A stretch of DNA of 37,894 nt, taken from IMG/VR virus record IMGVR_UViG_3300029183_000013, positions 1-37,894 of that record; one strand, written 5' to 3'. Below are positions 1-7,584 of the stretch, in pieces; position 1 is the first letter of the stretch, and every line of letters begins with the position of its first letter. Position numbers and translations under genes: made by a program. This DNA comes from a virus. Lineage: Duplodnaviria > Caudoviricetes. Under the pieces are notes generated by a model. It saw only the letters and a list, made by a program, of their open reading frames with translations. It was not told the origin of the DNA and did no database searches.

Positions 1-17
1 GTTTCCCAGTCACGATC
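1..17 (+). other. Untrimmed random-amplification (SISPA round A/B) primer tag, technical artefact
   Basis: Window starts exactly with GTTTCCCAGTCACGATC, the tag of the widely used primer GTTTCCCAGTCACGATC-N9; bases 18-26 would be the random nonamer. Confidence 0.9.
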
Positions 18-25
18 CCAGGGGG

Positions 26-163
26 GGCGATCTCATACTCATCCAAGACGAGACAATAGATATGATGGCCTGTGAAATAACAATCCACGAAGACGGAACA
101 TTTGATGTGCGACTGAAAGAAAAGACGTGTGGCGGATGGGGCGGATTCTGCACCTACGAATAG
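26..163 (+). CDS. 5'-truncated hypothetical protein (C-terminal fragment)
   Basis: Open frame GDLILIQDETIDMMACEITIHEDGTFDVRLKEKTCGGWGGFCTYE ending at TAG 161-163, abutting the RBS of the next gene. Confidence 0.5.
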   Translation, partial: GDLILIQDETIDMMACEITIHEDGTFDVRLKEKTCGGWGGFCTYE

Positions 164-172
164 GAGGAAAGT

Positions 173-418
173 ATGACAATGAAACTAATCGGAGACGTAA
201 TGAAAGAGCATTTTGCAGAGATTCGAGTGCGAAAAGAGCCAAACCCCAAAGGCAATCTGTACTACCCAGTATGTCAAGCGGCTCAAGACTTATGCAGTCT
301 TATCCCAAGAAGGAAAGCATTCGTCGAGTCTGATATTCCCAAGATCAAAGAGTTCGGGAAAGCAATTGGTATTGAAATTAAGGTCATCAATGTGGCCACA
401 GATGAGGAGGAAGTATGA
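173..418 (+). CDS. hypothetical protein
   Basis: AGGAGG RBS at 162-167; ATGA overlap with next gene. Confidence 0.8.
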   Translation: MTMKLIGDVMKEHFAEIRVRKEPNPKGNLYYPVCQAAQDLCSLIPRRKAFVESDIPKIKEFGKAIGIEIKVINVATDEEEV

Positions 419-915
419 TTGGATCTATCTTAGTAACGCTTGGCTTGCTTGGTCTTTTCTGGAAAGCGACCGCCAAAATTAATTCTCTCGGCTATGCTCG
501 GACGATTGTCCTTTTTCTTACTGCTCGATGTCGCAGCCTTAGCTTTCTTTGGACCAGATGGAACGAACATCTTTCTCATACGAGACCAGTAAGATTCTTT
601 AGGCTTTTTGTTTCCATATCCCATAAACCAATCCTAAAATCCTCTCGGATTATAGTCAACATCACTTTAGCCTTCTTGCTTCTCTCCACTCTTGGGTGTT
701 CGACGATGACTCCGAATCAGGCCAGAGGTTTGTATGCAGCAGCACAGTTGTATCAAAATATGGAATACCAAAATCGCTTGAATCAACAGCGAGTTGTACG
801 AGAACACAACCAGGGAATCGAGAGATCCACACGAAATATACAGGTCCAACGTCAGCTTTACTCACCAAAACAACAGAACCCAGTGAATCCCTATCAGGAT
901 ATGAGCCAATGGTAG
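415..915 (+). CDS. membrane protein with internal lipobox-like signal
   Basis: GAGGAGG RBS; hydrophobic N-terminus; second hydrophobic stretch ending LLLSTLG-C95; Q/N-rich C-terminus. Confidence 0.7.
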   Translation: MIGSILVTLGLLGLFWKATAKINSLGYARTIVLFLTARCRSLSFLWTRWNEHLSHTRPVRFFRLFVSISHKPILKSSRIIVNITLAFLLLSTLGCSTMTPNQARGLYAAAQLYQNMEYQNRLNQQRVVREHNQGIERSTRNIQVQRQLYSPKQQNPVNPYQDMSQW

Positions 916-1034
916 AGATCATGTTTACCAAATACTTCGACATTGAGGTCTGGAGATGGATCGCCATGGCACTCTGCATTTACGCCCAGGTTCTGATCCA
1001 ACAATTTTCAAAATATATGCTTAGGAGGCAAGAG

Positions 1035-1226
1035 ATGGAAAAACGTATTATTAAACTACAAGAGAAGAAGGTTTGCAACTGTTGTGGGAAAATTCACACC
1101 CACATTCCAGTCGACGCCAAGTCCAACGAGATGGGTCATTTCTGGAATTGTTCATGCGATTCGACCCTGTTCAAACGGTGCCCAAACTACCAGCCGCAGC
1201 GCGTCCTGCCAGGTAAGCCATCATGA
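1035..1226 (+). CDS. small Cys-rich putative Zn-binding protein (possible longer in-frame start at 909)
   Basis: AGGAGG at 1023-1028 before ATG 1035; CNCCGKIH...CSCDS motif; 3' part of the 696..1226 ORF. Confidence 0.7.
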   Translation: MEKRIIKLQEKKVCNCCGKIHTHIPVDAKSNEMGHFWNCSCDSTLFKRCPNYQPQRVLPGKPS

Positions 1227-1554
1227 TTCCCTATTTAATACCTTATAAAAATATTATTACTATTTCCCTACTATGATTTTCATACTTATAACTTTCAAAA
1301 TATTCTTATTAGTTTAAATATTTACTTGGTTACTTGGCAACAGAGCATCTAATGTACCGGGATTACTAATGAAACATCCTGCCAAGTAACTCGAAACTTA
1401 CTTGGCAATTGCCACCTAAAAACCCTATTTTACTTGGCACTAATACTTTGACGCATCATAGAAGCTAAAGCCATAATATGCCATCACGCGGCGACCGCTT
1501 ATCGTGGTGCGTCTTTTCTCCCAATCTGCCAAGTAACCAGAATCTTTCTTGGCA
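1204..1554. repeat. probable replication origin: AT-rich core flanked by TTACTTGGCA iterons
   Basis: TTACTTGGCA at 1330, 1398, 1430; reverse complement TGCCAAGTAA at 1380, 1527; one-mismatch copies at 1207 and 1545; partial copy at 1322; very AT-rich 1225-1325; lies at the 3' end of the primase-helicase gene. Confidence 0.75.
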
Positions 1555-3893
1555 GCCAGCCAGCCTTCTAATCTTCGGCTAAAATGGACCATATTTACCG
1601 GTCTTTCTCCGTTGTCTTGGCACCATTGAGCATAGGATTTTCTCATGTCTTGCGCCACAGCGCACAACGAACCAGAGCTATCTTTTTGGACCCAATCGGG
1701 ACCATCGATCATGTTCTGTTTGGACCCATCGGCTTCAGTATTGATGTGTTCCTCGGCCCACCTTGAGACATTGTCCATGTCTTTTTTATAGGCTTCAAGG
1801 GCACCGGATATGGCTTTGGACTTGGTGAAATTGTAGTTATTGGAGACTAGGCGTTTGTAGGCTTTAAGGGCTAGGTTTGCTACCCCTGGCATCTCAGATT
1901 CAAGGATCCTTTGGTCAATGTCGCGGTCGATGTTGCCAAGCTCCTCGCTGAATCGGGCCTTGAACTCACAGATGATAAGGCGTCTGAAGTACCCGTGGTT
2001 GGGATTGGCTCCCTTGGGTAGCTCATTACAGGTCATGATGAATTTGCAGCGATTCTGGAACTCGTAGGGGTCTTTAAACTTACGAGAGGCCGTGACTGAG
2101 CCACCGGCTGAGAGGTTCTTCATTTGCTCCCAAAAATCTTTATCGGCAAACGCAGGCACCTCCTCCATGATGTTGAACAGGCCCCCGTCAAGCTGCTGTA
2201 GGTGAAAAGTGTTCTGGATGTCTGCCACCCCAAGTGACCGTACTCCCTTTGATCCCATGCCTCGCCAGACGTTGAGAAAACGTGACTTTCCGTTTTGTCC
2301 CTCACCTGTGAGTACAAGAATTTTATCTGCTTTCGGGATGTCATTACTAATGCAGTACCCGAGATACTCCAGTAGGACAGTTTGCATTGGCACATCATTA
2401 CAGGTGACATCCTTGAGCATTTGTCGAAAGGTAGGGCATTCAGCGTTTGGATCGTAATTGAACGGGAGCGTGTCACGAAAACCGAATTTGGGGGAATGAC
2501 TAACAAGCTCCATTGTGTCGATGTTGAGGACACCGTTTTGGAAATTAATCCTACGGTCGGTAGATTCTTGGAACCATCGGGGCATTTTGAGATTAGTTCT
2601 TCTAACCTTTCCCCGAAACTCGATACATAGGGTGTTCTTAGCTTTAGGCACGAAATTTTCTTCTGCGAAGGAGTCGATATAGATGTCGTCGTATTCGTTC
2701 CACTGGGTTTTCTCGAATCTGAGGTGACTGCCTTTACAATTGAGGTAAGGAATTTTTTTATCATAATACTTTCTAAGATCGTCGTACTGTGGGATCAATT
2801 TACCTTTAGGGTCAATGGTGTGGAACCCACTGTGCTCTGTAGCGATAAAGTTTTCACCTTTAAGGGCGATGGGGCTGCGGCATTTCTTGTAATTTGGACA
2901 TTTATTACAACCTCCCCATATTCTGTCAATGGCCTCACAAGTTCGGGGGCCAGCCGCTTTAAGGCTCTGTTCAAGTTTGCGATCTGTTCTTGTAGGGTTG
3001 TATCCAGGGTGTCCTTTCGAGTATTCATGTGCCCTCTCCTTTCCATTAGGCAAGCGACCAATGATTGACAGCATGGCGTACCACTGCGGCTCCGAAAGCT
3101 CGGCGGGCCTCTCTTTGGCCCACTTGAGAAATTCGCATCCGCTCTCCACTGTGTCGTTGTCAATCTTGATGTAGGAGAGTTCTTTGTCAGACATATAGTC
3201 TTTTGTTGAAAGTGTAGGTAAACCCGTGGCCTTCTTGATATCCCAATCAACAGGCTGCGGGTCTACCTCTCTTAATAAATTTACAGGCGAGCGACCTCGC
3301 CCAATTTTTTCTGAAATTGAAAAAGGGGCTCGGAACATTCGGTTCACTGCGAAAACCTGCACGTCCAGAGCCCCACTCAAGCCTTTGTCCACAATCTTGT
3401 CATTTATTTGAGAACAGAGAACCTGATAATGAATACTATGTTCGGCAAACCAATCCTTTGAAGTGATTGGAGTTTTTAGTTGGAATACAATGTGGTATCC
3501 CCCACCTGTTTCAATTGGTACGAGATTCGCGGGGTCTACTTTAATCGTTGACGCAACGGCTTCAACGTATTCAGCCCACCTGTGTCGATCATCGTCCTTT
3601 ACATCGTCGATGTCCCACATTATTAGATCCTGAGACACCCATGAATCCACACGTTTATCCACATTCTCGCGGACATGGTTTGTGGTGACATAAATGTTTA
3701 CTCGTTCTTTTTCAGGTAGTTGTTCGACGGTTGTCTTTATATTGGCTAGAAAATCGGCAAGGTCTTTAAAGTAAATCGCAGGCTCAAAGCCCTTATCGTA
3801 GGCTTCAGGTTCATTTTGACCTGCGGGTGTATATGTCCTTATTTTGCGTAGCTCTAGCAAGCTGGCCCCCTGTTGTCGTACATTGTTGCTCAC
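1440..3893 (-). CDS. primase-helicase (AEP-like N-terminus, Cys-rich linker, D5/P4-alpha-type SF3 helicase)
   Basis: DIDD and ETGGGYH primase-like motifs; PRTCEAIDRIWGGCNKCP Cys cluster; INFQNGVLNI D5_N-like segment; Walker A GEGQNGKS; Walker B IMEE; motif C MTCNELP; RRL arginine-finger region. Confidence 0.9.
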   Translation of the reverse strand: MSNNVRQQGASLLELRKIRTYTPAGQNEPEAYDKGFEPAIYFKDLADFLANIKTTVEQLPEKERVNIYVTTNHVRENVDKRVDSWVSQDLIMWDIDDVKDDDRHRWAEYVEAVASTIKVDPANLVPIETGGGYHIVFQLKTPITSKDWFAEHSIHYQVLCSQINDKIVDKGLSGALDVQVFAVNRMFRAPFSISEKIGRGRSPVNLLREVDPQPVDWDIKKATGLPTLSTKDYMSDKELSYIKIDNDTVESGCEFLKWAKERPAELSEPQWYAMLSIIGRLPNGKERAHEYSKGHPGYNPTRTDRKLEQSLKAAGPRTCEAIDRIWGGCNKCPNYKKCRSPIALKGENFIATEHSGFHTIDPKGKLIPQYDDLRKYYDKKIPYLNCKGSHLRFEKTQWNEYDDIYIDSFAEENFVPKAKNTLCIEFRGKVRRTNLKMPRWFQESTDRRINFQNGVLNIDTMELVSHSPKFGFRDTLPFNYDPNAECPTFRQMLKDVTCNDVPMQTVLLEYLGYCISNDIPKADKILVLTGEGQNGKSRFLNVWRGMGSKGVRSLGVADIQNTFHLQQLDGGLFNIMEEVPAFADKDFWEQMKNLSAGGSVTASRKFKDPYEFQNRCKFIMTCNELPKGANPNHGYFRRLIICEFKARFSEELGNIDRDIDQRILESEMPGVANLALKAYKRLVSNNYNFTKSKAISGALEAYKKDMDNVSRWAEEHINTEADGSKQNMIDGPDWVQKDSSGSLCAVAQDMRKSYAQWCQDNGERPVNMVHFSRRLEGWLAAKKDSGYLADWEKRRTTISGRRVMAYYGFSFYDASKY

Positions 3894-4002
3894 TCATCTT
3901 GACAAGATTGTGTGTCGTGAACAAAATAATTACTAGCACTTGCCAACTTGTCAATCAAAAGTTATGTTGCTTGCAAAATGACAGTTGATAGCAAGGAGCA
4001 AC
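3894..4002. promoter_or_regulatory. divergent promoter/operator region
   Basis: Intergenic between divergent genes; TTGACA on + (3899-3904) inside palindrome ATCTTG-A-CAAGAT; TTGACA on - (3949-3954); repeated CTTG(A/C/T)CAA; -10 boxes only weak. Confidence 0.55.
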
Positions 4003-4269
4003 ATGATTTTCCTATTACTTTTTCGAGCATGGATCTTAAGCATTCCCGCAGCTTTCATCCTAGTAATATTTTTGTGTGTCGTTGACTTAGACATGAGCGG
4101 CAAAACATTTACTCAGGCTTTCAAAGAAAGGCGCAAGTATCTATTGTTAGCGGTGGGTCTGCCTGTCTTTGGACCAATCTATATCTTTAAGTATTTAAAA
4201 AACAATTTAAGAAACGACATAAGGAGTCTATTCAATGAAGAAAATAATTCTAATTCTACTAGCGACTAA
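4003..4269 (+). CDS. small membrane protein (about 2 TM)
   Basis: AAGGAG RBS before ATG 4003; two hydrophobic segments. Confidence 0.75.
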   Translation: MIFLLLFRAWILSIPAAFILVIFLCVVDLDMSGKTFTQAFKERRKYLLLAVGLPVFGPIYIFKYLKNNLRNDIRSLFNEENNSNSTSD

Positions 4270-5005
4270 TTTACTAACGGCCTGTGGCTTTGAGATTGTA
4301 GACACTGGACACAGAGGTATCAAGGTTCGCTTTGGTGAAGTGACTGGCGAGTCGCTAACTGAGGGCCTTTACTTCTATAATCCAATCACCTCCGACATTA
4401 AAGAATTGGACGTTCGTACTCAGAAGTTTGAGGACAAAACAGCCACCTACTCAAATGATGCGCAGATGGTTGATGTCTATTATACGATCAACTTCAACCT
4501 CGAACCAAGTCAAGCTCACATAGTCTATAAAGAAGTCGGGCGCGACTGGGCCGAGAAACTAATGAAACAGGTCATCGAGGGAACCCTCAAAGAAGTCACA
4601 GGAAAATATAAAGCGGTGGACATTATCGCTGATCGTGAGAAGGTGACAAACGAGATTCGTGAAGATTTGAAAGCGAGACTTAAGGATCGTCGGGTTCTAA
4701 TGACTGCCTTTGAGATCAACAACCTGGACTTTGATGATTCGTTCGAGCAAGCGGTAAAGGATAAAGTGATTGCGGTTGAGCGAGCCAAAGAAGCCAAGAA
4801 CAAAACTGTACAAGTTGAGGAACAGGCCAGACAGACTGTTATTAGCGCGAAGGCCAACGCCGAGGCAATGAAGATCAAGACCCAGGCTCTAGCAAAATCA
4901 AAAGCCCTAGTGGAATATGAGGCTGTGAAGAAGTGGGATGGAAAGATGCCTCAGTACATGATGGGTGGCTCTGTTCCCTTTATCAATTTAGGTGGTAAGA
5001 AATGA
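4235..5005 (+). CDS. SPFH/band 7/prohibitin-family protein with lipoprotein signal
   Basis: MKKIILILLATNLLTA-C lipobox; VDTGHRGIKVRFG and EGLYFYNPI SPFH motifs; C-terminal coiled coil ending KWDGKMP. Confidence 0.9.
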   Translation: MKKIILILLATNLLTACGFEIVDTGHRGIKVRFGEVTGESLTEGLYFYNPITSDIKELDVRTQKFEDKTATYSNDAQMVDVYYTINFNLEPSQAHIVYKEVGRDWAEKLMKQVIEGTLKEVTGKYKAVDIIADREKVTNEIREDLKARLKDRRVLMTAFEINNLDFDDSFEQAVKDKVIAVERAKEAKNKTVQVEEQARQTVISAKANAEAMKIKTQALAKSKALVEYEAVKKWDGKMPQYMMGGSVPFINLGGKK

Positions 5006-5346
5006 GAATAGTATTTGCTCTTGTAGTATTTGTACTGTTCTCTGGATGCGGATACCTTTACGGTCCCATGACAGAGAAGGAAATTGATGTGGTCATTAGT
5101 AAGTCAGAGCGAGTGTGCTCCGGCGGTGAAAAGACCAGTTGTAAGTATATGGTGTTCACGGATAAAGGGACTTTCAAGAACACCGACAGCCTCTACGGAG
5201 CCAAATGGAACAGCTCTGATTTACATGGAATGTTTAAAGAAGGAATGAAATGTAAATTTACGGTCATTGGTTGGAGGGCACCGCTCCTTTCAATGTACCA
5301 GAACGTCATAGGAGCTGAGTGTGATAAGAGCATCCTTAAAAAGTGA
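5002..5346 (+). CDS. predicted lipoprotein
   Basis: Hydrophobic leader ending LFSG-C; ATGA overlap; KYMVFTDKGTFKNTDS...GWR pattern typical of small phage proteins found next to SPFH genes (from recall, unverified). Confidence 0.75.
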   Translation: MRIVFALVVFVLFSGCGYLYGPMTEKEIDVVISKSERVCSGGEKTSCKYMVFTDKGTFKNTDSLYGAKWNSSDLHGMFKEGMKCKFTVIGWRAPLLSMYQNVIGAECDKSILKK

Positions 5347-5650
5347 GTGGGAGGATTGTAAAGAGAAGAACTCTCAAGACGATTACTCCAAAGCCTGTAT
5401 TGATTCCGCAATAGAAGTGATGACTGCCCTTGAGGATGGAGAAGAAGTCCATAAGGCGCACGACAAAATGTATGGTCATGGACTTTCAGGATTCATGGCG
5501 GGCTGTGTGGCACAGATGGTTTCAAGGTTCTCCCCACGAGGCGAGGAGTTTAAAGATTTTTGGAATAAGCAATTCGGCGTTGATGAGAAGGCCGATGGAG
5601 TTGTGAACCCAGCAGTATTGACCATAAAGGAACCAAGTGGACCACATTGA
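5321..5650 (+). CDS. hypothetical protein
   Basis: AGGAG RBS, GTG start, tight packing. Confidence 0.75.
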   Translation: MIRASLKSEWEDCKEKNSQDDYSKACIDSAIEVMTALEDGEEVHKAHDKMYGHGLSGFMAGCVAQMVSRFSPRGEEFKDFWNKQFGVDEKADGVVNPAVLTIKEPSGPH

Positions 5651-5831
5651 AGAACAAAAGAAAGAAGAAGTTTTCGAGGCCCAAGGATTCACTGTAATCG
5701 AATGGCTTTGTACGAACGACGACTGTCAAACACCTAACCGAGTCCACTGGGAACAGTGGCTTAAGGATCTAGGGAAAAGACAGTGCCGTAAGTGCGGTCG
5801 TAAACACAGGGTAAAGGAGCCGTGGCTTTGA
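5637..5831 (+). CDS. small Zn-ribbon protein
   Basis: CTNDDC...CRKCG; AAGGA RBS. Confidence 0.7.
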   Translation: MDHIEEQKKEEVFEAQGFTVIEWLCTNDDCQTPNRVHWEQWLKDLGKRQCRKCGRKHRVKEPWL

Positions 5832-6187
5832 ACTTTAAAGACCCGAGGGCAAAAGAATTATTCGGTCACTATCCCGATAGGATACTTACGGCTTTCAAAA
5901 CATATCATCTTGAAAATCCCCAAATCTATAAGAGATTTAGGGAACTTTCGTACAAAATGAGACGAACAAAAAGAAAGAGATATGGGGCGAGAACAATTAT
6001 TGAAGTGATTAGGTGGGAAACCGACTTGCGTGGGGCAGGGGATTTTAAAATCAACAACAATTACAATGCGCTTTATGCACGATTGTTGATTTTGAAGCAC
6101 CCGGAGTTCGAGGGTTTTTTTGAGATTAGAGATTACGATTTTGAAAACAAAAGGCCGCAGAGACCAATACAAATGGAGGCAATGTGA
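5822..6187 (+). CDS. hypothetical basic phage protein, possibly nucleic-acid binding
   Basis: AAGGAG RBS; R/K-rich; FKINNNY...YARL...FFE motif. Confidence 0.75.
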   Translation: MALNFKDPRAKELFGHYPDRILTAFKTYHLENPQIYKRFRELSYKMRRTKRKRYGARTIIEVIRWETDLRGAGDFKINNNYNALYARLLILKHPEFEGFFEIRDYDFENKRPQRPIQMEAM

Positions 6188-6348
6188 TTGAATTAGTACC
6201 AGACAGTGATCGAGAAGAAACTATCGAAGAAAAGAAAGCTCGACTCAAAGAGAAGTTTCTAATGGCTCTAATGATGGGTCCGGCCTGTGAGATCAAGGAG
6301 CGGATTGAAAAGGTGATTGATGAAATGTTCGAGGAGTTTGGGCAGTGA
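6184..6348 (+). CDS. hypothetical 54-aa protein (not in supplied ORF track)
   Basis: GGAGG RBS; GTGA overlaps at both ends; MIELVPDSDREETIEEKEARLKEKFLMALMMGPACEIKERIEKVIDEMFEEFGQ. Confidence 0.75.
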   Translation: MIELVPDSDREETIEEKKARLKEKFLMALMMGPACEIKERIEKVIDEMFEEFGQ

Positions 6349-6548
6349 GTGAAATAATAAATACAGGTTTTAAAGTAGAAAGGTTCCCCGGTACAATAGC
6401 GTTCGGAGTTACTTTTAATAGAGATGTATACAAGACCAATTACGAATACGAGGCACCTAATTGTGTGAGATATTGGTTTTGTATAAATATGCTCTGTTGG
6501 CAATTTAGCTATAGTGGAGTCTCTAAAGTTTATGGGATTAAACGATGA
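6345..6548 (+). CDS. hypothetical protein
   Basis: GAGGAG RBS; 4-nt overlaps on both sides. Confidence 0.7.
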   Translation: MSEIINTGFKVERFPGTIAFGVTFNRDVYKTNYEYEAPNCVRYWFCINMLCWQFSYSGVSKVYGIKR

Positions 6549-6922
6549 CCCTAGAAACCCGACTCACCGAAATTAAGAAACGCTGTGAGGCTGCGACTGA
6601 GGGTCCTTGGAAAGGTTTCGATGGTTTTACTCCGCCAGAGCTAGGACCAGATGATGATTTAAAGTGGGTGCGACTTGAAAGTTTGGGTGATGTTGATGGT
6701 GGTATTTTAGGTTACTTGTGGTGCGACCATAAAGAAGAAAACCATCCTTGTCATATTAATTTCATAACCCACGCCCGCACCGATGTGCCTATGCAAAATG
6801 AAATGTTGTTAAAAACAATAAAATTGATCGAGAAGCATGGGTGTTTTTGTGAAGGTGACTACACTTGTTTTGGATGTGAGTGGCAGCCTGAAATTGAAAA
6901 GATCGCGGAGAAATACAAGTGA
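6545..6922 (+). CDS. hypothetical phage protein (Ead/Ea22-like N-terminal motif) with Cys-rich C-terminus
   Basis: EIKKRCEAATEGPW and FITHARTDVP motifs; CFCEGDYTCFGC. Confidence 0.7.
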   Translation: MTLETRLTEIKKRCEAATEGPWKGFDGFTPPELGPDDDLKWVRLESLGDVDGGILGYLWCDHKEENHPCHINFITHARTDVPMQNEMLLKTIKLIEKHGCFCEGDYTCFGCEWQPEIEKIAEKYK

Positions 6923-7038
6923 GTTGTGCTTGGACCGTGTGTAATGACTGCGGACATTGGATGAACCACAGGATTGTGGATAAGTGTGAAAAATGCGGGA
7001 GCACAAACGTCGAACAAGACTGGGAGGAGGATCCATGA
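6919..7038 (+). CDS. 39-aa Zn-ribbon miniprotein (not in supplied ORF track)
   Basis: MSCAWTVCNDCGHWMNHRIVDKCEKCGSTNVEQDWEEDP; GTGA and ATGA overlaps; GGAG RBS. Confidence 0.75.
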   Translation: MSCAWTVCNDCGHWMNHRIVDKCEKCGSTNVEQDWEEDP

Positions 7039-7376
7039 ATAACTTTAATGATCTAAATGCAATCTATGGCAGAGACAAAGAGTGGCGAGAAGACATACCT
7101 CAAATCCCAGCGCTGTTCTTCAAAGAAGACTGGTCCGTTAGAATCCTGCCTCCTTTTGGCGGGGCCACTGTTCGATTCACAGTTTCAACGGAGGCTTTGA
7201 AGAAAAAGGACAAGTGGATAAGCGTTTACCTAGATATGCGTAATAGACTCGGACACATGGACCGTCCGTACTGGGAGGTCTACCCCTTTAAAGGGGATAC
7301 CGAAAGAATTTACATGGAGGATGTGGGTGAATTATTTCGAGCTATAGAACTCGGATTGGAGAAGTTGAATGGCTGA
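7035..7376 (+). CDS. hypothetical protein
   Basis: GGAGGAGG RBS before ATG 7035, the in-frame start within 6993..7376. Confidence 0.75.
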   Translation: MNNFNDLNAIYGRDKEWREDIPQIPALFFKEDWSVRILPPFGGATVRFTVSTEALKKKDKWISVYLDMRNRLGHMDRPYWEVYPFKGDTERIYMEDVGELFRAIELGLEKLNG

Positions 7377-7584
7377 TAAAAATGGTCTCGAAGGGACAGA
7401 AATAGAAACAATTGATTTTTTAAGATCAAGGCTTAAAGAGTACAGAGAACTTTTGACTGCTGCTTCAGGCATCTTGCTCTCCACTATTGATGCGGGAGAG
7501 CTGCCAGCAGAAGCTGTTGAGAGGTTCTTTGAGCGCATGGCAGAACACGGAATCATGGAGGTAAAAGTACCTAATGAAGATTGA
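7369..7584 (+). CDS. hypothetical protein
   Basis: GGAG RBS, overlapping neighbours. Confidence 0.7.
   Translation: MADKNGLEGTEIETIDFLRSRLKEYRELLTAASGILLSTIDAGELPAEAVERFFERMAEHGIMEVKVPNED

Noticed and set aside
1322-1554. CRISPR array or mini-array interpretation of the repeats
   Set aside because: Repeats are only 10 bp, in mixed orientation and irregularly spaced; no cas genes
2120-3250. Same-strand alternate-frame ORFs inside the primase gene (214 and 151 aa)
   Set aside because: S/T/R-rich shadows of the real frame; no RBS or motifs
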